A DNA stretch of 64,000 nt from Patescibacteria group bacterium (GCA_016861085.1 BOKR01000001.1:668081-732080), one strand, 5' to 3'; shown: positions 28,576 through 38,224, counted from the stretch's first letter. The notes: generated by a model not told the origin, from the sequence alone. A program made the numbers and translations.

Positions 28576-28614
28576 GAAAGCCTCATCAGCCCAATGCTAG
28601 TGAGGCTTTTTAGT
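28576..28614 (+). terminator. Putative terminator after hup: 9-bp stem AAAGCCTCA/TGAGGCTTT with a 15-nt loop, then TTTTAGTTT
   Basis: Read directly. The loop is long, so confidence is moderate. Confidence 0.4.
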
Positions 28615-28636
28615 TTCCAGATGCTAGAATAGATAC

Positions 28637-29437
28637 GTGTTCAAAAAATACTATTCAATCTTTCGCTATATGTTTATTAGGACACTGCAATTTCGGGCAG
28701 AGGTTGTTATTTATAGTTTTTTGGACGTTTTACCTTACTTCGTTTTATTTTTTGTTTGGAAAGCAATTTTCAAGCAAGTTGATACTCTTAATAGCTTCAC
28801 CTTAAGTGAAATTGTTAACTACTACCTTCTTGTCATTGTAATCGAACGTCTGAGTGCCACGCACTTTGAAAGTTGGCGCACAGAAGAAATTAGAATGGGC
28901 AAAATTGATTATTTCTTAACCCGACCTTTTTCTTATTTAAGCGAAATTTACTCAAAAGAAGTCAGCTCAAAACTTATTAGCATTCTGTTTTCCATACCTG
29001 TTATTTCAATCTTTTTCATCGCAAATGTTATCATTTATAATATTGACCAATCCAACATAACACTACAAAGCTTGTTGATTTTCCTATTGATGATGCTTGC
29101 TGCTCATACCATTCAATTTTTTATTGCACTTTGGATAGTCCTGTTAGGGTTCTGGATGGAAGGGTCAAGTGGTTTAGAGCACTTTAAATGGATTGTTTTG
29201 ACGCTCTTTAGTGGAGCAATGATACCAATAGAGTTTATGCCAAATTGGCTGAAAACTATCACAAATGTACTCCCCTTCAAGTATGTCTTTTCTGTTCCAA
29301 TTACTGTTCTACAAAACAAATATGCCTTAGGTCTCTATGATTATGTGTATGTAGCTTTTATTCTTTTTGGGATGGCATACATCTCAAAGGTGCTCTGGGA
29401 AAAAGCAAAGTTTAAATATTGTTCAGCAGGTGGATAA
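28637..29437 (+). CDS. ABC-2-type transporter permease, paralogue 1 of 4 (GTG start)
   Basis: 266 aa, 6 TM, C-terminal cytoplasmic tail ending KYCSAGG (conserved among the four paralogues). Confidence 0.55.
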   Translation: MFKKYYSIFRYMFIRTLQFRAEVVIYSFLDVLPYFVLFFVWKAIFKQVDTLNSFTLSEIVNYYLLVIVIERLSATHFESWRTEEIRMGKIDYFLTRPFSYLSEIYSKEVSSKLISILFSIPVISIFFIANVIIYNIDQSNITLQSLLIFLLMMLAAHTIQFFIALWIVLLGFWMEGSSGLEHFKWIVLTLFSGAMIPIEFMPNWLKTITNVLPFKYVFSVPITVLQNKYALGLYDYVYVAFILFGMAYISKVLWEKAKFKYCSAGG

Positions 29438-29440
29438 ATA

Positions 29441-30229
29441 ATGAAAAAATATTGGTTGTTGTTTTTAGCATTTCGAAAAATTCAAATCATGAAATTCTTT
29501 GAGTATCGTGGTGACTTCTTTTTTTGGATGTTCGTTTCTCTCATGTGGACCGCATTTAATTATTTCTATTTTGGACTGATATTCTCACAGGGAAAAGGTA
29601 TTGAGGGATGGAACTATGATCAAATCATGCTACTTATTTCTTTCTACACAATGATAGATGCATTCACATGGTCAATCTTTTGGCCAAACATGAGTGAGTA
29701 CACTCGACAAGTTTTTAACGGTGAATTAAGTAAATATTTGCTTATGCCAGTAAACACCGTGTACCTACTCTTGACTCAACATGCCACATATCACAACATT
29801 TCCCGATTTTTTATCGGTTTATATATTCTTATTCATTCAATACAGAGACTCGCCATCAGTGTTTCTTTGTGGCAAATTTTTTTGGCAACCATAGTGTTTT
29901 GTTTTGGGATATTATTAATTTATAGCTGTTGGTTTCTACTGGCAACAGTTTCTTTCTGGGTTGAGAGACTAGAAAATATTAATGAAATAATGCCACAGTT
30001 TCGATCAGTCTACCAAGTGCCGGTCAAAGTTTTTACAGGAGTTCCTGGATTTGTTTTTAGTTTTTTGTTACCACTTGGGTTAGTCACAACACTTCCAAGC
30101 GAAATCATTTTGGGGACAGGTAGTGTAGTTTTTGTTTTGTATCTAATTGTAAGTAGCATATTGTTTTTCGCCCTATCAGTCTTGTTTTTCAAATTATCAA
30201 TAAAAAAATATTCAAGTGTGGGAGGATAG
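29441..30229 (+). CDS. ABC-2-type transporter permease, paralogue 2 of 4
   Basis: 262 aa, 6 TM, tail KYSSVGG. Confidence 0.55.
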   Translation: MKKYWLLFLAFRKIQIMKFFEYRGDFFFWMFVSLMWTAFNYFYFGLIFSQGKGIEGWNYDQIMLLISFYTMIDAFTWSIFWPNMSEYTRQVFNGELSKYLLMPVNTVYLLLTQHATYHNISRFFIGLYILIHSIQRLAISVSLWQIFLATIVFCFGILLIYSCWFLLATVSFWVERLENINEIMPQFRSVYQVPVKVFTGVPGFVFSFLLPLGLVTTLPSEIILGTGSVVFVLYLIVSSILFFALSVLFFKLSIKKYSSVGG

Positions 30230-30243
30230 GATACAATATTTAT

Positions 30244-31230
30244 ATGAAACAAAGCGTAATATCAGTCAAAAATGTATCAAAGCATTTTAAGGTGTACAAA
30301 AAAGAACCAGGACTCATGGGATCTTTTAAGTCATTATTTATCAGAAAATATGAAACTGTCAAAGCCGTGAATGACGTTTCATTCGAAATCAATGAAGGAG
30401 AAATCATCGGATTCATAGGACAAAATGGGGCTGGTAAAACAACCACACTGAAGATTCTATCAGGCCTACTCTATCCAACTTCTGGAGAGGTTAGTGTTTT
30501 GGGTTTTAACCCATGGGATAGAAAACAGGAATTTCAAAAACAATTTGCCCTAATTATGGGGCAAAAAAACCAACTTTGGTGGGATCTCCCAGCAATAGAG
30601 TCGTTCTTGCTTAACAAAGCCATTTACGAAATTCCAGACAAACAGTTTACCGAGACTTTAGAAAAACTAAGCACTCTTTTAGATGTTAAAGATATATTAC
30701 AAATCCAAGTTAGAAAGCTCTCACTTGGTCAAAGAATGAAATGTGAATTGATTGCTGCTTTACTTCATAATCCAAAAGTACTCTTTCTGGACGAACCTAC
30801 TATTGGTTTAGATGTGGTGATGCAGAAGACACTCAGAGACTTCATCAAAGAATACAATAAGGAATTTGGCGCCACAATCATTTTAACCAGTCACTATATG
30901 GATGACGTTAAAGAATTGTGTGAGCGCGTCATAATTATTGATCATGGTACCAAGATATATGATGGTGAGCTTGATAAAATCATCAAGACATATGCTCGAA
31001 ACAAAACACTTACCATTACGTTTGCTGATGAAGTTTCACATAAAGAGCTTGAGCAATTTGGAACAGTAAAATCAATTTCAGAAAATCAGGCAACTTTGTT
31101 GGTAAAAAGAAGTGACGCCACACAGATTGCATCAAAAATCTTAAATAAATTCAAGGTTACTGACTTAAATATTGAAGAGGCACCAATTGAAGCGATTATT
31201 AGAGAAATCTTTTCGACCAAACGCGAATAA
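30244..31230 (+). CDS. ABC transporter ATP-binding protein (single NBD plus an approx. 90-aa C-terminal domain)
   Basis: Walker A GQNGAGKTTT, signature LSLGQRMKCELIAAL, Walker B LFLDEPTIGLD, H-loop SHYMDD. Confidence 0.85.
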   Translation: MKQSVISVKNVSKHFKVYKKEPGLMGSFKSLFIRKYETVKAVNDVSFEINEGEIIGFIGQNGAGKTTTLKILSGLLYPTSGEVSVLGFNPWDRKQEFQKQFALIMGQKNQLWWDLPAIESFLLNKAIYEIPDKQFTETLEKLSTLLDVKDILQIQVRKLSLGQRMKCELIAALLHNPKVLFLDEPTIGLDVVMQKTLRDFIKEYNKEFGATIILTSHYMDDVKELCERVIIIDHGTKIYDGELDKIIKTYARNKTLTITFADEVSHKELEQFGTVKSISENQATLLVKRSDATQIASKILNKFKVTDLNIEEAPIEAIIREIFSTKRE

Positions 31231-32021
31231 TGCAAAAATATGTGACATTATTGAAATTAAGTTGGCAAAATGGCTTGGTATATAGGACCAGTGTCATTAT
31301 GTGGCGTGTGAGGCAATTCTTAGGTACACTCATGGCATTAACTGTATGGCTTGTCATTTTTCAAGGAAACCCAACAGCATTTCAATATACAAAAGATAGC
31401 ATGATTACGTATATTTTCTTGGTCTCTTTCCTGCAAAGCCTAATTATTTCTACCGCTCTGAATGGTTTAGCCGATCGGGTATATTCTGGTGAAATCAGTA
31501 ATCATTTACTCAAACCCCTCAATTTGTTTGGATACTTTGCAATTGAAGAAATCGCTGATAAAGCAAAAAATATTTTTTTTCTCATACTTGAAACCATCAT
31601 CCTTTTTTTAATTTTTAAACCAATGATTGTTTTTCCAACCACTGGTGTTTTTTTATTATTTTTTGTATGGTCGTGTTTTGGAGTAATCATCAACTTTTTC
31701 ATTACTTTGTTGTTTGGAGCTTTTGGTTTTTGGAGCCCAGATACTTGGGGGCCAAGGTTTTTATTTTTTATGATTCTCAACTTTACAGCCGGAAAATTGT
31801 TCCCTCTTGATATTCTACCTACAGCACTACAAAAAGTTCTCTATGCTACTCCATTTCCATATCTTTCTTTTGTACAAATCCAGTTATTCTTAGGGAGATT
31901 GAACTTGGAAGAGATAGTAAGTCATTTCTTGCTCATGTTATTTTGGATTGGTTTACTAGGAAGTTTCGTCACTTGGTTATGGAAAAAGGGGTTAAAAAAT
32001 TACGAATCGACAGGAAGATAA
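31230..32021 (+). CDS. ABC-2-type transporter permease, paralogue 3 of 4
   Basis: 263 aa, 6 TM, tail NYESTGR. Start overlaps the ATPase stop. Confidence 0.55.
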   Translation: MQKYVTLLKLSWQNGLVYRTSVIMWRVRQFLGTLMALTVWLVIFQGNPTAFQYTKDSMITYIFLVSFLQSLIISTALNGLADRVYSGEISNHLLKPLNLFGYFAIEEIADKAKNIFFLILETIILFLIFKPMIVFPTTGVFLLFFVWSCFGVIINFFITLLFGAFGFWSPDTWGPRFLFFMILNFTAGKLFPLDILPTALQKVLYATPFPYLSFVQIQLFLGRLNLEEIVSHFLLMLFWIGLLGSFVTWLWKKGLKNYESTGR

Positions 32022-32819
32022 ATGGTACAAAGATTAAAAACATACTTCACAATTTGGAGCATTTTTGGCAAAAATGCTCTACAAGAAACCTTTGTTAATC
32101 GGGGATCAAACGCATTATTTATGCTTGGAAAAATCATTCGTCTGGCCATGTCTTTATTGTTCTTGTTTTTAATTCGGCAAAATGTACAAACATTCGCCGA
32201 TTATACAAGTGATCAGCTAGTTGTATTTTTTCTAACCTATCAAATTATTGATTTAGTTGCCCAAGTTGTGTACCGAGGAGTTTATGTTTTCGGCAATATG
32301 GTAAGAAGTGGAGAATTTGACTTTTTACTGGTTAAGCCAATTAATCCATTATTCCGTGCCCTCACAGGAAAACCAGACATTAATGATTTTTTGTTTTTGT
32401 TCCCAAATCTAGCAATAGCTGGATATCTCTTGAGTTTGCTTGATTTGCATATCACTGTTTGGTCATCAGTTTGGTTTATTATTTTACTTGTAAATGCATT
32501 TTTAGTTGTAACAGCGCTTCATATCCTTGTTTTGGTCACAGGAATTTTAACAACTGAAGTTGATGGAGTAATATGGATATACCGGGATTTAAGCTATATG
32601 GGTCGCTTTCCGATTAGTATTTATATGGAACCACTGCGATTTGCGTTGTTTTTTCTAGTTCCAATCGGGATAATGATAACAATACCAACAGAAGTGTTTT
32701 TGGGATTACAGCCAAGTTATAGCCTATTCTGGGTGTTCTTTGTTGGAATTGGCAGTTTATTTTTCAGCTTGAAAGCCTGGAACTGGGCACTGAAAAAGTA
32801 TACAAGTACGGGGAGTTAA
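32022..32819 (+). CDS. ABC-2-type transporter permease, paralogue 4 of 4
   Basis: 265 aa, 6 TM, tail KYTSTGS. Confidence 0.55.
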   Translation: MVQRLKTYFTIWSIFGKNALQETFVNRGSNALFMLGKIIRLAMSLLFLFLIRQNVQTFADYTSDQLVVFFLTYQIIDLVAQVVYRGVYVFGNMVRSGEFDFLLVKPINPLFRALTGKPDINDFLFLFPNLAIAGYLLSLLDLHITVWSSVWFIILLVNAFLVVTALHILVLVTGILTTEVDGVIWIYRDLSYMGRFPISIYMEPLRFALFFLVPIGIMITIPTEVFLGLQPSYSLFWVFFVGIGSLFFSLKAWNWALKKYTSTGS

Positions 32820-32830
32820 CAATCATACCC

Positions 32831-32857
32831 AACAAAAACCCCCGATTTCTCGAGGGC
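32831..32857 (-). terminator. Putative terminator at the convergent junction (end of the ribosomal superoperon after rpsI). Interrupted stem GCCCTCGAG…TCGGGGG, followed on the minus strand by TTTTTGTTGGG.
   Basis: Read directly. The stem has one bulge. Confidence 0.4.
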
Positions 32858-32906
32858 TTTTCCAATTTCGAATGTATTTGCAATCTGCAAAACAATCCAA
32901 CAAACT

Positions 32907-33419
32907 TTAACGTTTTGGAGATTGTCTGCTTCTTCTTGCTTTACCACCCATACCAATTTTTCTGGTTTCTTTCATTCTGTCATCTCGGGTTAATAAACCA
33001 GCTGGTTTAAGTAATGCTAATAAACTTGCATCATACTTAACCAATGCTCTTGCAATACCATGAATCATTGCTTCAAGTTGTGCAACTTGACCAGATCCAC
33101 CAACTTTGACGCTAACGGTAAATTTACCTTTTGTACCAGTTAATTCAAATGGAACGTTGTATCGAGCAGAAACGTTTGGAATTGTGTTGAAATATTGACC
33201 AACAACTTTACCATTAACAACAAAATCACCATCAGACTCGTATAATCTTACTCGAGCGGTTGCTACTTTTCTTCTGCCCACAGCTTCAACATATTTTCCG
33301 GTTGGCATTGTAACAACACCAGCAGGAGCCTGAACTCTAGGTGCAACTTTCTTGACTTTTACTGTTTTTTTAACAACTTTTTGAGCGGTTGTCTTCTTTT
33401 TTGATAATTTTAATGCCAT
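32907..33419 (-). CDS. rpsI: 30S ribosomal protein S9 with an approx. 40-aa Lys-rich N-terminal extension
   Basis: C-terminal S9 signature GGKARRSRQSPKR and the core GRRKVATARVRL. Confidence 0.9.
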   Translation of the reverse strand: MALKLSKKKTTAQKVVKKTVKVKKVAPRVQAPAGVVTMPTGKYVEAVGRRKVATARVRLYESDGDFVVNGKVVGQYFNTIPNVSARYNVPFELTGTKGKFTVSVKVGGSGQVAQLEAMIHGIARALVKYDASLLALLKPAGLLTRDDRMKETRKIGMGGKARRSRQSPKR

Positions 33420-33420
33420 A

Positions 33421-33846
33421 TTATTTACTTGCTCCTAATTGACTCTCGTGTTTGTGTTCACTACCTGCATATACTTTTAATCGGGTCATTCTTTGATCTT
33501 GCAGTTTGTTTTTTGGAAGCATGTTTCGCACAGCGTTCTCAATAATGACTTCTGGGTTTAAAAGTCTTGCTTTTGCCAAGTTTTGACTCTTTAATCCACC
33601 TGGGAAGTTTGAGTGTCTGTAGTACATTTTGTCTTGCTCTTTTGTACCAGTAACTGCAACTTCTTTAGCATTGATAACAACAACAAAGTCACCACTATCA
33701 ATATGAGGAGTATATTCCTTTTTGTTTTTACCAATTAATTTGGTTGCAATGTCTGTAGCGACTCTTCCAAGAACTTTGTCTTTAGCATCAACTAAATGCC
33801 ATGTTCTTTTCACTTCGCTTGCTTTTTGTGTGTATGTTTTTTGCAT
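33421..33846 (-). CDS. rplM: 50S ribosomal protein L13
   Basis: WHLVDAKDKVLGRVAT…, 141 aa. Confidence 0.9.
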   Translation of the reverse strand: MQKTYTQKASEVKRTWHLVDAKDKVLGRVATDIATKLIGKNKKEYTPHIDSGDFVVVINAKEVAVTGTKEQDKMYYRHSNFPGGLKSQNLAKARLLNPEVIIENAVRNMLPKNKLQDQRMTRLKVYAGSEHKHESQLGASK

Positions 33847-33848
33847 GA

Positions 33849-34340
33849 TTATTTAGTCTCCTTTTTGACAGCTTTTTTAGCTGGAGCCTTCTTTGCAGGT
33901 GCCTTTTTAACTGTTTCAGTCTTCACTGCCTCAGCTTTTTTAGCTTGAGCTTTTGCCACATTTTTGAGTGTGCCTACAGTTTCTGGAGCATTTACTAATG
34001 AAAGTTCTGCCATAGGAACATTATCGCCACGTCTGACTCCGACTTTGGTGATTCTGATAAAACCAGAGTTTCTATCCGAAAATTGTGGTGCTATTCTATC
34101 AACCATTGTGTTGACAACGTCTCTCACACCAAAAAATCTGTGTAAAACTCTTCTGGTTGCTGTTGAATCATTTTTTGCTTTACCAATGAGCTTATCAGCA
34201 ATTCTTTTTGCTTCTTTGGCTTTTGCTTCTGTTGTAACAATTTTTCCTTGCTCAACCAATGCACGAACCAAACTCTTGAAAAGTGCTTTTCTGCTTTTAG
34301 TATCTCTACTGAATTTTGTAATACTACTTCTATGTCTCAT
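33849..34340 (-). CDS. rplQ: 50S ribosomal protein L17 with an AKKAPAKKA-type C-terminal tail
   Basis: MRHRSSITKFSR…, C-terminus KKAPAKKAPAKKAVKKETK. Confidence 0.9.
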   Translation of the reverse strand: MRHRSSITKFSRDTKSRKALFKSLVRALVEQGKIVTTEAKAKEAKRIADKLIGKAKNDSTATRRVLHRFFGVRDVVNTMVDRIAPQFSDRNSGFIRITKVGVRRGDNVPMAELSLVNAPETVGTLKNVAKAQAKKAEAVKTETVKKAPAKKAPAKKAVKKETK

Positions 34341-34364
34341 GACCGGTTATCAGACTTTGGGAAA

Positions 34365-35309
34365 TTACTCACCCAAAGATACGCCTTTCTTTTGAAGAGC
34401 CGCATCGATTAATACGACACTCTTACCGCCCAAGTTTTTAACTTTTGCGATAACATCTCTTGGTGCACCACTTAAGTCTCCAACTGTCTTGAATCCACCT
34501 TTTCTCAAAGCGTTTGCAATTCTGGTTGGGAGATCAAGTTCTTCAACAGTGAGTCTTAAAACTTCTGCCTCTTCTGGTGATAATGTCTCTTCTACTTCTT
34601 CTACTTCTTCAACGACTGGATCAAATACCTGTGTGAATTGTTTAGCTAAGATACGTGCAGCTTGCTTCACAGCTTCAAGAGGTGAAACTGAACCGTCGGT
34701 TTCAATTTCCATTACTAATTTATCAAAGTCAGTTCTTCTTCCCACACGAGTTTGTTCAACTGTGTATGAGACTTTAACAACTGGTGAATATAGCGCGTCT
34801 AAGACGATTTCACCAACTGAGGTGACATTTCTTTCATCAGCTAAAATATAGCCAACTCCAGATTCAACTGTCATTTCAGCGACCAATTTTTTACCTTTAG
34901 CAACTGATGCAATTGGTTGGTTGGTGTTGATAATTTCAAAGCCAGCTTCACATTCAATGTCAGCAGCAGTAACTTCTGCAGGACCAGTAACTGAAATTCT
35001 CAGTGTACCTTTGTCTTGTGTAGAAGCTTTTACTCTCACTTGTTTAACATTTAAAGCAATTTCCAAGACATCTTCAGTTAAGCCTTCAACTGTTGAAAAT
35101 TGGTGATCTGCACCATCAATTCTTAAACTGGTGATTGCTGTACCTGGTAGTGAACTGAGCAACACTCTTCTCAAAGCGTTACCAAGGGTGTGGCCATAAC
35201 CATTTTCTAATGGTTCGATGACGATTGTTGCTTTTGTAGCACTAGCGTTAACTTCCTCTGTTTGGAAGGTTGGGTTCATACTGGTGATTGAGTTTACATT
35301 AAGACTCAT
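34365..35309 (-). CDS. rpoA: DNA-directed RNA polymerase subunit alpha
   Basis: N-terminal domain pattern IEPLENGYGHTLGNALRRVLLSSLPG and the C-terminal domain. 314 aa. Confidence 0.9.
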   Translation of the reverse strand: MSLNVNSITSMNPTFQTEEVNASATKATIVIEPLENGYGHTLGNALRRVLLSSLPGTAITSLRIDGADHQFSTVEGLTEDVLEIALNVKQVRVKASTQDKGTLRISVTGPAEVTAADIECEAGFEIINTNQPIASVAKGKKLVAEMTVESGVGYILADERNVTSVGEIVLDALYSPVVKVSYTVEQTRVGRRTDFDKLVMEIETDGSVSPLEAVKQAARILAKQFTQVFDPVVEEVEEVEETLSPEEAEVLRLTVEELDLPTRIANALRKGGFKTVGDLSGAPRDVIAKVKNLGGKSVVLIDAALQKKGVSLGE

Positions 35310-35396
35310 ATGTTTTTTCCTTTGTTTCTCCTCCTCTGCTTGAGCAGAGAATCCGTATCTGGTGTATACTTTTTACTTTAATACCTTTTTACTTCC

Positions 35397-36011
35397 TTAT
35401 CTTGAGTAGTACTCGACGACTAACTGTTCTTCGACAACTTCTGTAATATCAGATCTCTCTGGAAATCTGGTAACTTTGGCAGCACCACCTTTTTGCTCTA
35501 ACCAAGAAACATTAGAAGCACCTTCTTTTACTGCTTGTGATGCATAAGGCACTTTAGTGCCACTGGTTGAAAGTGTGATCACATCATTTACTTTTACTGT
35601 ATATGAAGGAACATTCATCTTCTTGCCATTAACCATAATATGGTCATGAGCAACCAGTTGTCTTGCCTGTGCACGAGTTCCAGCCCAACCGAGTCTATAT
35701 ACAGCGTTATCTAATCTTCGTTCGAGCAAACTTAAAAGAGCTGCACCTGTTGCAGTTGGATTTTTAGATGCTTCAGTGTACAGTTTTCTTAGTTGTTTTT
35801 CCAAAATACCATAAATATATTTAATTTTTTGTTTTTCTTTGAGCTGAGTACCGAAATCTGAGAGTTTTCTCTTAGATTTAGCACCATGCATACCTGGTTT
35901 AATTGTTAGGCGACGAGCAACCTTCAAAGCGTTGGTTTTGAGTCCCAAGTCTTCTCCGATTTTTCTGCTAAGCTTATTTTTTGGTCCTGTGTATCTTGCC
36001 ATATTTATCAA
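35397..36011 (-). CDS. rpsD: 30S ribosomal protein S4
   Basis: MARYTGPKNKLSRKIG…, S4 domain. Confidence 0.9.
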   Translation of the reverse strand: MINMARYTGPKNKLSRKIGEDLGLKTNALKVARRLTIKPGMHGAKSKRKLSDFGTQLKEKQKIKYIYGILEKQLRKLYTEASKNPTATGAALLSLLERRLDNAVYRLGWAGTRAQARQLVAHDHIMVNGKKMNVPSYTVKVNDVITLSTSGTKVPYASQAVKEGASNVSWLEQKGGAAKVTRFPERSDITEVVEEQLVVEYYSR

Positions 36012-36014
36012 TCC

Positions 36015-36416
36015 TTATTTATTGTGCTTTGCTTTTCTTGGTCTTGTACCATTATGTGGATCAGGGGTCATATCAGCAATTAAACCGATTCTGATACCTT
36101 GAGCCTTAAGAACTCTCAAAGCCACGTCTCTTCCCGGGCCTGGGCCTTTAATGAATAAATCCATGGCTCCCATTCCGAATGCCTTTGCTTTGTTTACTGC
36201 ATTTTCGACAGTAATTGTAGCTGCGTACGGGGTTGATTTTCTTGAACCAGTGAATCCTGCTTCACCTGCTGTTGACCAACAGACAACATTTCCTTGTTCA
36301 TCGGTAATACTAGCTAAGGTACTGTTAAATGTTGCAGTAACATAGAGTCTCCCTTTTGGAACAACGCGAGCGTTAGCTTTTTTTACAGTTTTGGTTGATT
36401 TAGTTGCTTGTGCCAT
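36015..36416 (-). CDS. rpsK: 30S ribosomal protein S11
   Basis: Conserved S11 core …GSRKSTPYAA…. Confidence 0.9.
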   Translation of the reverse strand: MAQATKSTKTVKKANARVVPKGRLYVTATFNSTLASITDEQGNVVCWSTAGEAGFTGSRKSTPYAATITVENAVNKAKAFGMGAMDLFIKGPGPGRDVALRVLKAQGIRIGLIADMTPDPHNGTRPRKAKHNK

Positions 36417-36430
36417 AATTCAAATCTTTA

Positions 36431-36841
36431 TTATTTTGTAGACTTTGCTGCTTCTAATTTTGCTGCCATTTCTTTAGTCATAGCACCAACTGTTCTTCTC
36501 TTAGCACCACCACGGGCGTTACGAGAATTAGTTTTGGTTCTTTGGCCTCTTACTGGCAACTTCATAATATGTCTAATACCTCTATAAGCTTTGATTCTTT
36601 TAAGTCGATCAATATTATCATTAACGTGACGTCTTAAATCACCTTCAAGTTCATATTTATCTAATACTCTTTGAATTCTTCCTAATTCATCGTTGTTCAA
36701 GTCTTTCGCTCTCTTGTCTGGATCAACTTGAGCTTCTCTGAGAACTACTTCTGCAATCTTGGGACCAACCCCATATAAAGCTTGCAGTGCATAAAATATT
36801 TTCTTGTTTTCTGGTACATCGACACCTAAAATACGAGGCAT
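36431..36841 (-). CDS. rpsM: 30S ribosomal protein S13
   Basis: MPRILGVDVP…, 136 aa. Confidence 0.9.
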   Translation of the reverse strand: MPRILGVDVPENKKIFYALQALYGVGPKIAEVVLREAQVDPDKRAKDLNNDELGRIQRVLDKYELEGDLRRHVNDNIDRLKRIKAYRGIRHIMKLPVRGQRTKTNSRNARGGAKRRTVGAMTKEMAAKLEAAKSTK

Positions 36842-36857
36842 ATTGTTTTATTCCTTT

Positions 36858-36971
36858 TTATCCTTGTTTTCCTCTATGTTTTGGCTCTTTGCAGATTCTT
36901 CTTAAAACGCCCTTGCGTTTAATAAGCTTGCAATGAAGACAAATTGTTTTTAAAGATGATTTAACTTTCAT
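36858..36971 (-). CDS. rpmJ: 50S ribosomal protein L36 (37 aa). Too short for the ORF track, so called by my own translation.
   Basis: The minus-strand translation [37 protein letters not shown] matches the L36 consensus (MKV…CxxCK…C…H). It sits in the canonical infA-rpmJ-rpsM position. Confidence 0.75.
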   Translation of the reverse strand: MKVKSSLKTICLHCKLIKRKGVLRRICKEPKHRGKQG

Positions 36972-37039
36972 ACTATTATCTCTATTATTATTTTTTGACA
37001 GGCTTGAATTTTACATCATATCTGGCAAACTGAATAGGA

Positions 37040-37447
37040 TCAAATTTGCTGCGAAGCATTTTGTGTTGATCTATACGTTATTTTACACTTTTTGAGGTCA
37101 TATTTACTGACATAACCTTTGATTATATCACCAGGCATAACTCGAATTCTGTAGAGTCTCATTTTACCTACCAAAGTACCAAGCAATTCTTGACCAATCA
37201 TTGGAGTGACTGCCGAATTAGTGACTTTCACTCGAAACATTGTGTTTGGTAAACACGCCTCAACCACTCCTTCTATTTCAAAGCGGTCTGTATCCTGAGA
37301 TTTTTGTGTAGTTGTATCGACCTGGCGTCTAGCTTTAGCCGCGCGTTTATGATCTTGAACTTTACCCATAGTTTTATCTACCTTTTCTTTTCTTGAGGTA
37401 ATTTTCGCTGACAAACCTAGTATAGGCTTCGTAGTTTCTACATGCAA
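37040..37447 (-). CDS. infA: Translation initiation factor IF-1 with an approx. 60-aa basic N-terminal extension (or the true start is the internal Met27)
   Basis: C-terminal S1-like core FEIEGVVEACLPNTMFRVKV…GDIIKGYVSKYDLKKCKITYR. The first ATG has a GAGG SD about 10 nt upstream. Confidence 0.8.
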   Translation of the reverse strand: MHVETTKPILGLSAKITSRKEKVDKTMGKVQDHKRAAKARRQVDTTTQKSQDTDRFEIEGVVEACLPNTMFRVKVTNSAVTPMIGQELLGTLVGKMRLYRIRVMPGDIIKGYVSKYDLKKCKITYRSTQNASQQI

Positions 37448-37466
37448 AAAGACCTCAGAACAGATT

Positions 37467-37475
37467 ATTATACCA
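37467..37475 (-). promoter_or_regulatory. Extended -10 element TGGTATAAT (minus strand) between map and infA; possible internal promoter for infA-rpmJ-rpsM
   Basis: Read directly (plus strand ATTATACCA). About 20 nt upstream of the infA ATG. Confidence 0.4.
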
Positions 37476-37477
37476 GA

Positions 37478-38224
37478 TTATGGTGATTTTGTCAGTACCT
37501 GTGGACCATCTTTAGTTACAAGCACTGTCTCTTCAAACATTCCAGACAAAGAACCGTCAACAGCAACATAGGTCCAGCCATCTTCGGACTCTTCTAACAC
37601 AGGACTACCCATGGTATACATATTCTCAATCGCAAGCGTTTGCCCTTCATACAGTTTAATCTTCTTATCAGATTTACTTGGAGAACAAGGAATTGCAGGC
37701 TCCATATGCAGGGCTTCACCTACACCATGACCAGTGAGTTGAAATACAACACCATACCCTTTTCTTTTAAGAGGTTTCTCCATCGCAAAGCTAATATCAT
37801 AAACTGAGTTGCCTACTTTTGCCTGTGCAATAGCGTTTTCGAGAGATTTTTTTCCTATTTCTAAAAATTCTCTGGTTTCTTCCAAGACAGTTCCAACCGG
37901 AAATGTAATTGTTGTATCAAGATGATAGCCTTTGTTAATTAATCCGATATCAATTGTAATAATATCACCGTCTTGTACTCGTTTGCCTTTAGGAATCCCG
38001 TGACACACTTCATCGTTCTTCATGACACAGGTAGCCCAATGATATCCTGGAACTGTAGAAAAAGAAGGCTCCATACCGGCTTTTTTAATCAAACTTTGTG
38101 CTTTATCTTCTATTGCTTCAAAAGTTGTGCCAATTTTTACGAAGTCCTGAAGATCAGCCTTAATTTTGCCCAAGGCTGCACCACCTTCACGCATTGCTAG
38201 AATTTTTTTATCTGATCTTGTCAA
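37478..38224 (-). CDS. map: Methionine aminopeptidase type I
   Basis: Metal-ligand pattern …DIGLINKGYHLD…GHGVG…, 248 aa. Confidence 0.85.
   Translation of the reverse strand: MTRSDKKILAMREGGAALGKIKADLQDFVKIGTTFEAIEDKAQSLIKKAGMEPSFSTVPGYHWATCVMKNDEVCHGIPKGKRVQDGDIITIDIGLINKGYHLDTTITFPVGTVLEETREFLEIGKKSLENAIAQAKVGNSVYDISFAMEKPLKRKGYGVVFQLTGHGVGEALHMEPAIPCSPSKSDKKIKLYEGQTLAIENMYTMGSPVLEESEDGWTYVAVDGSLSGMFEETVLVTKDGPQVLTKSP

Noticed and set aside
33964-34395. Plus-strand 143-aa ORF overlapping rplQ, and similar plus-strand ORFs throughout 34-63 kb (for example 42080-42559, 45666-46166, 57872-58204, 59315-59758)
   Set aside because: All are antisense to conserved ribosomal-protein, EF and RNAP genes on the minus strand, with no independent support.
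37973-38200. 75-aa plus-strand ORF
   Set aside because: Antisense within map.
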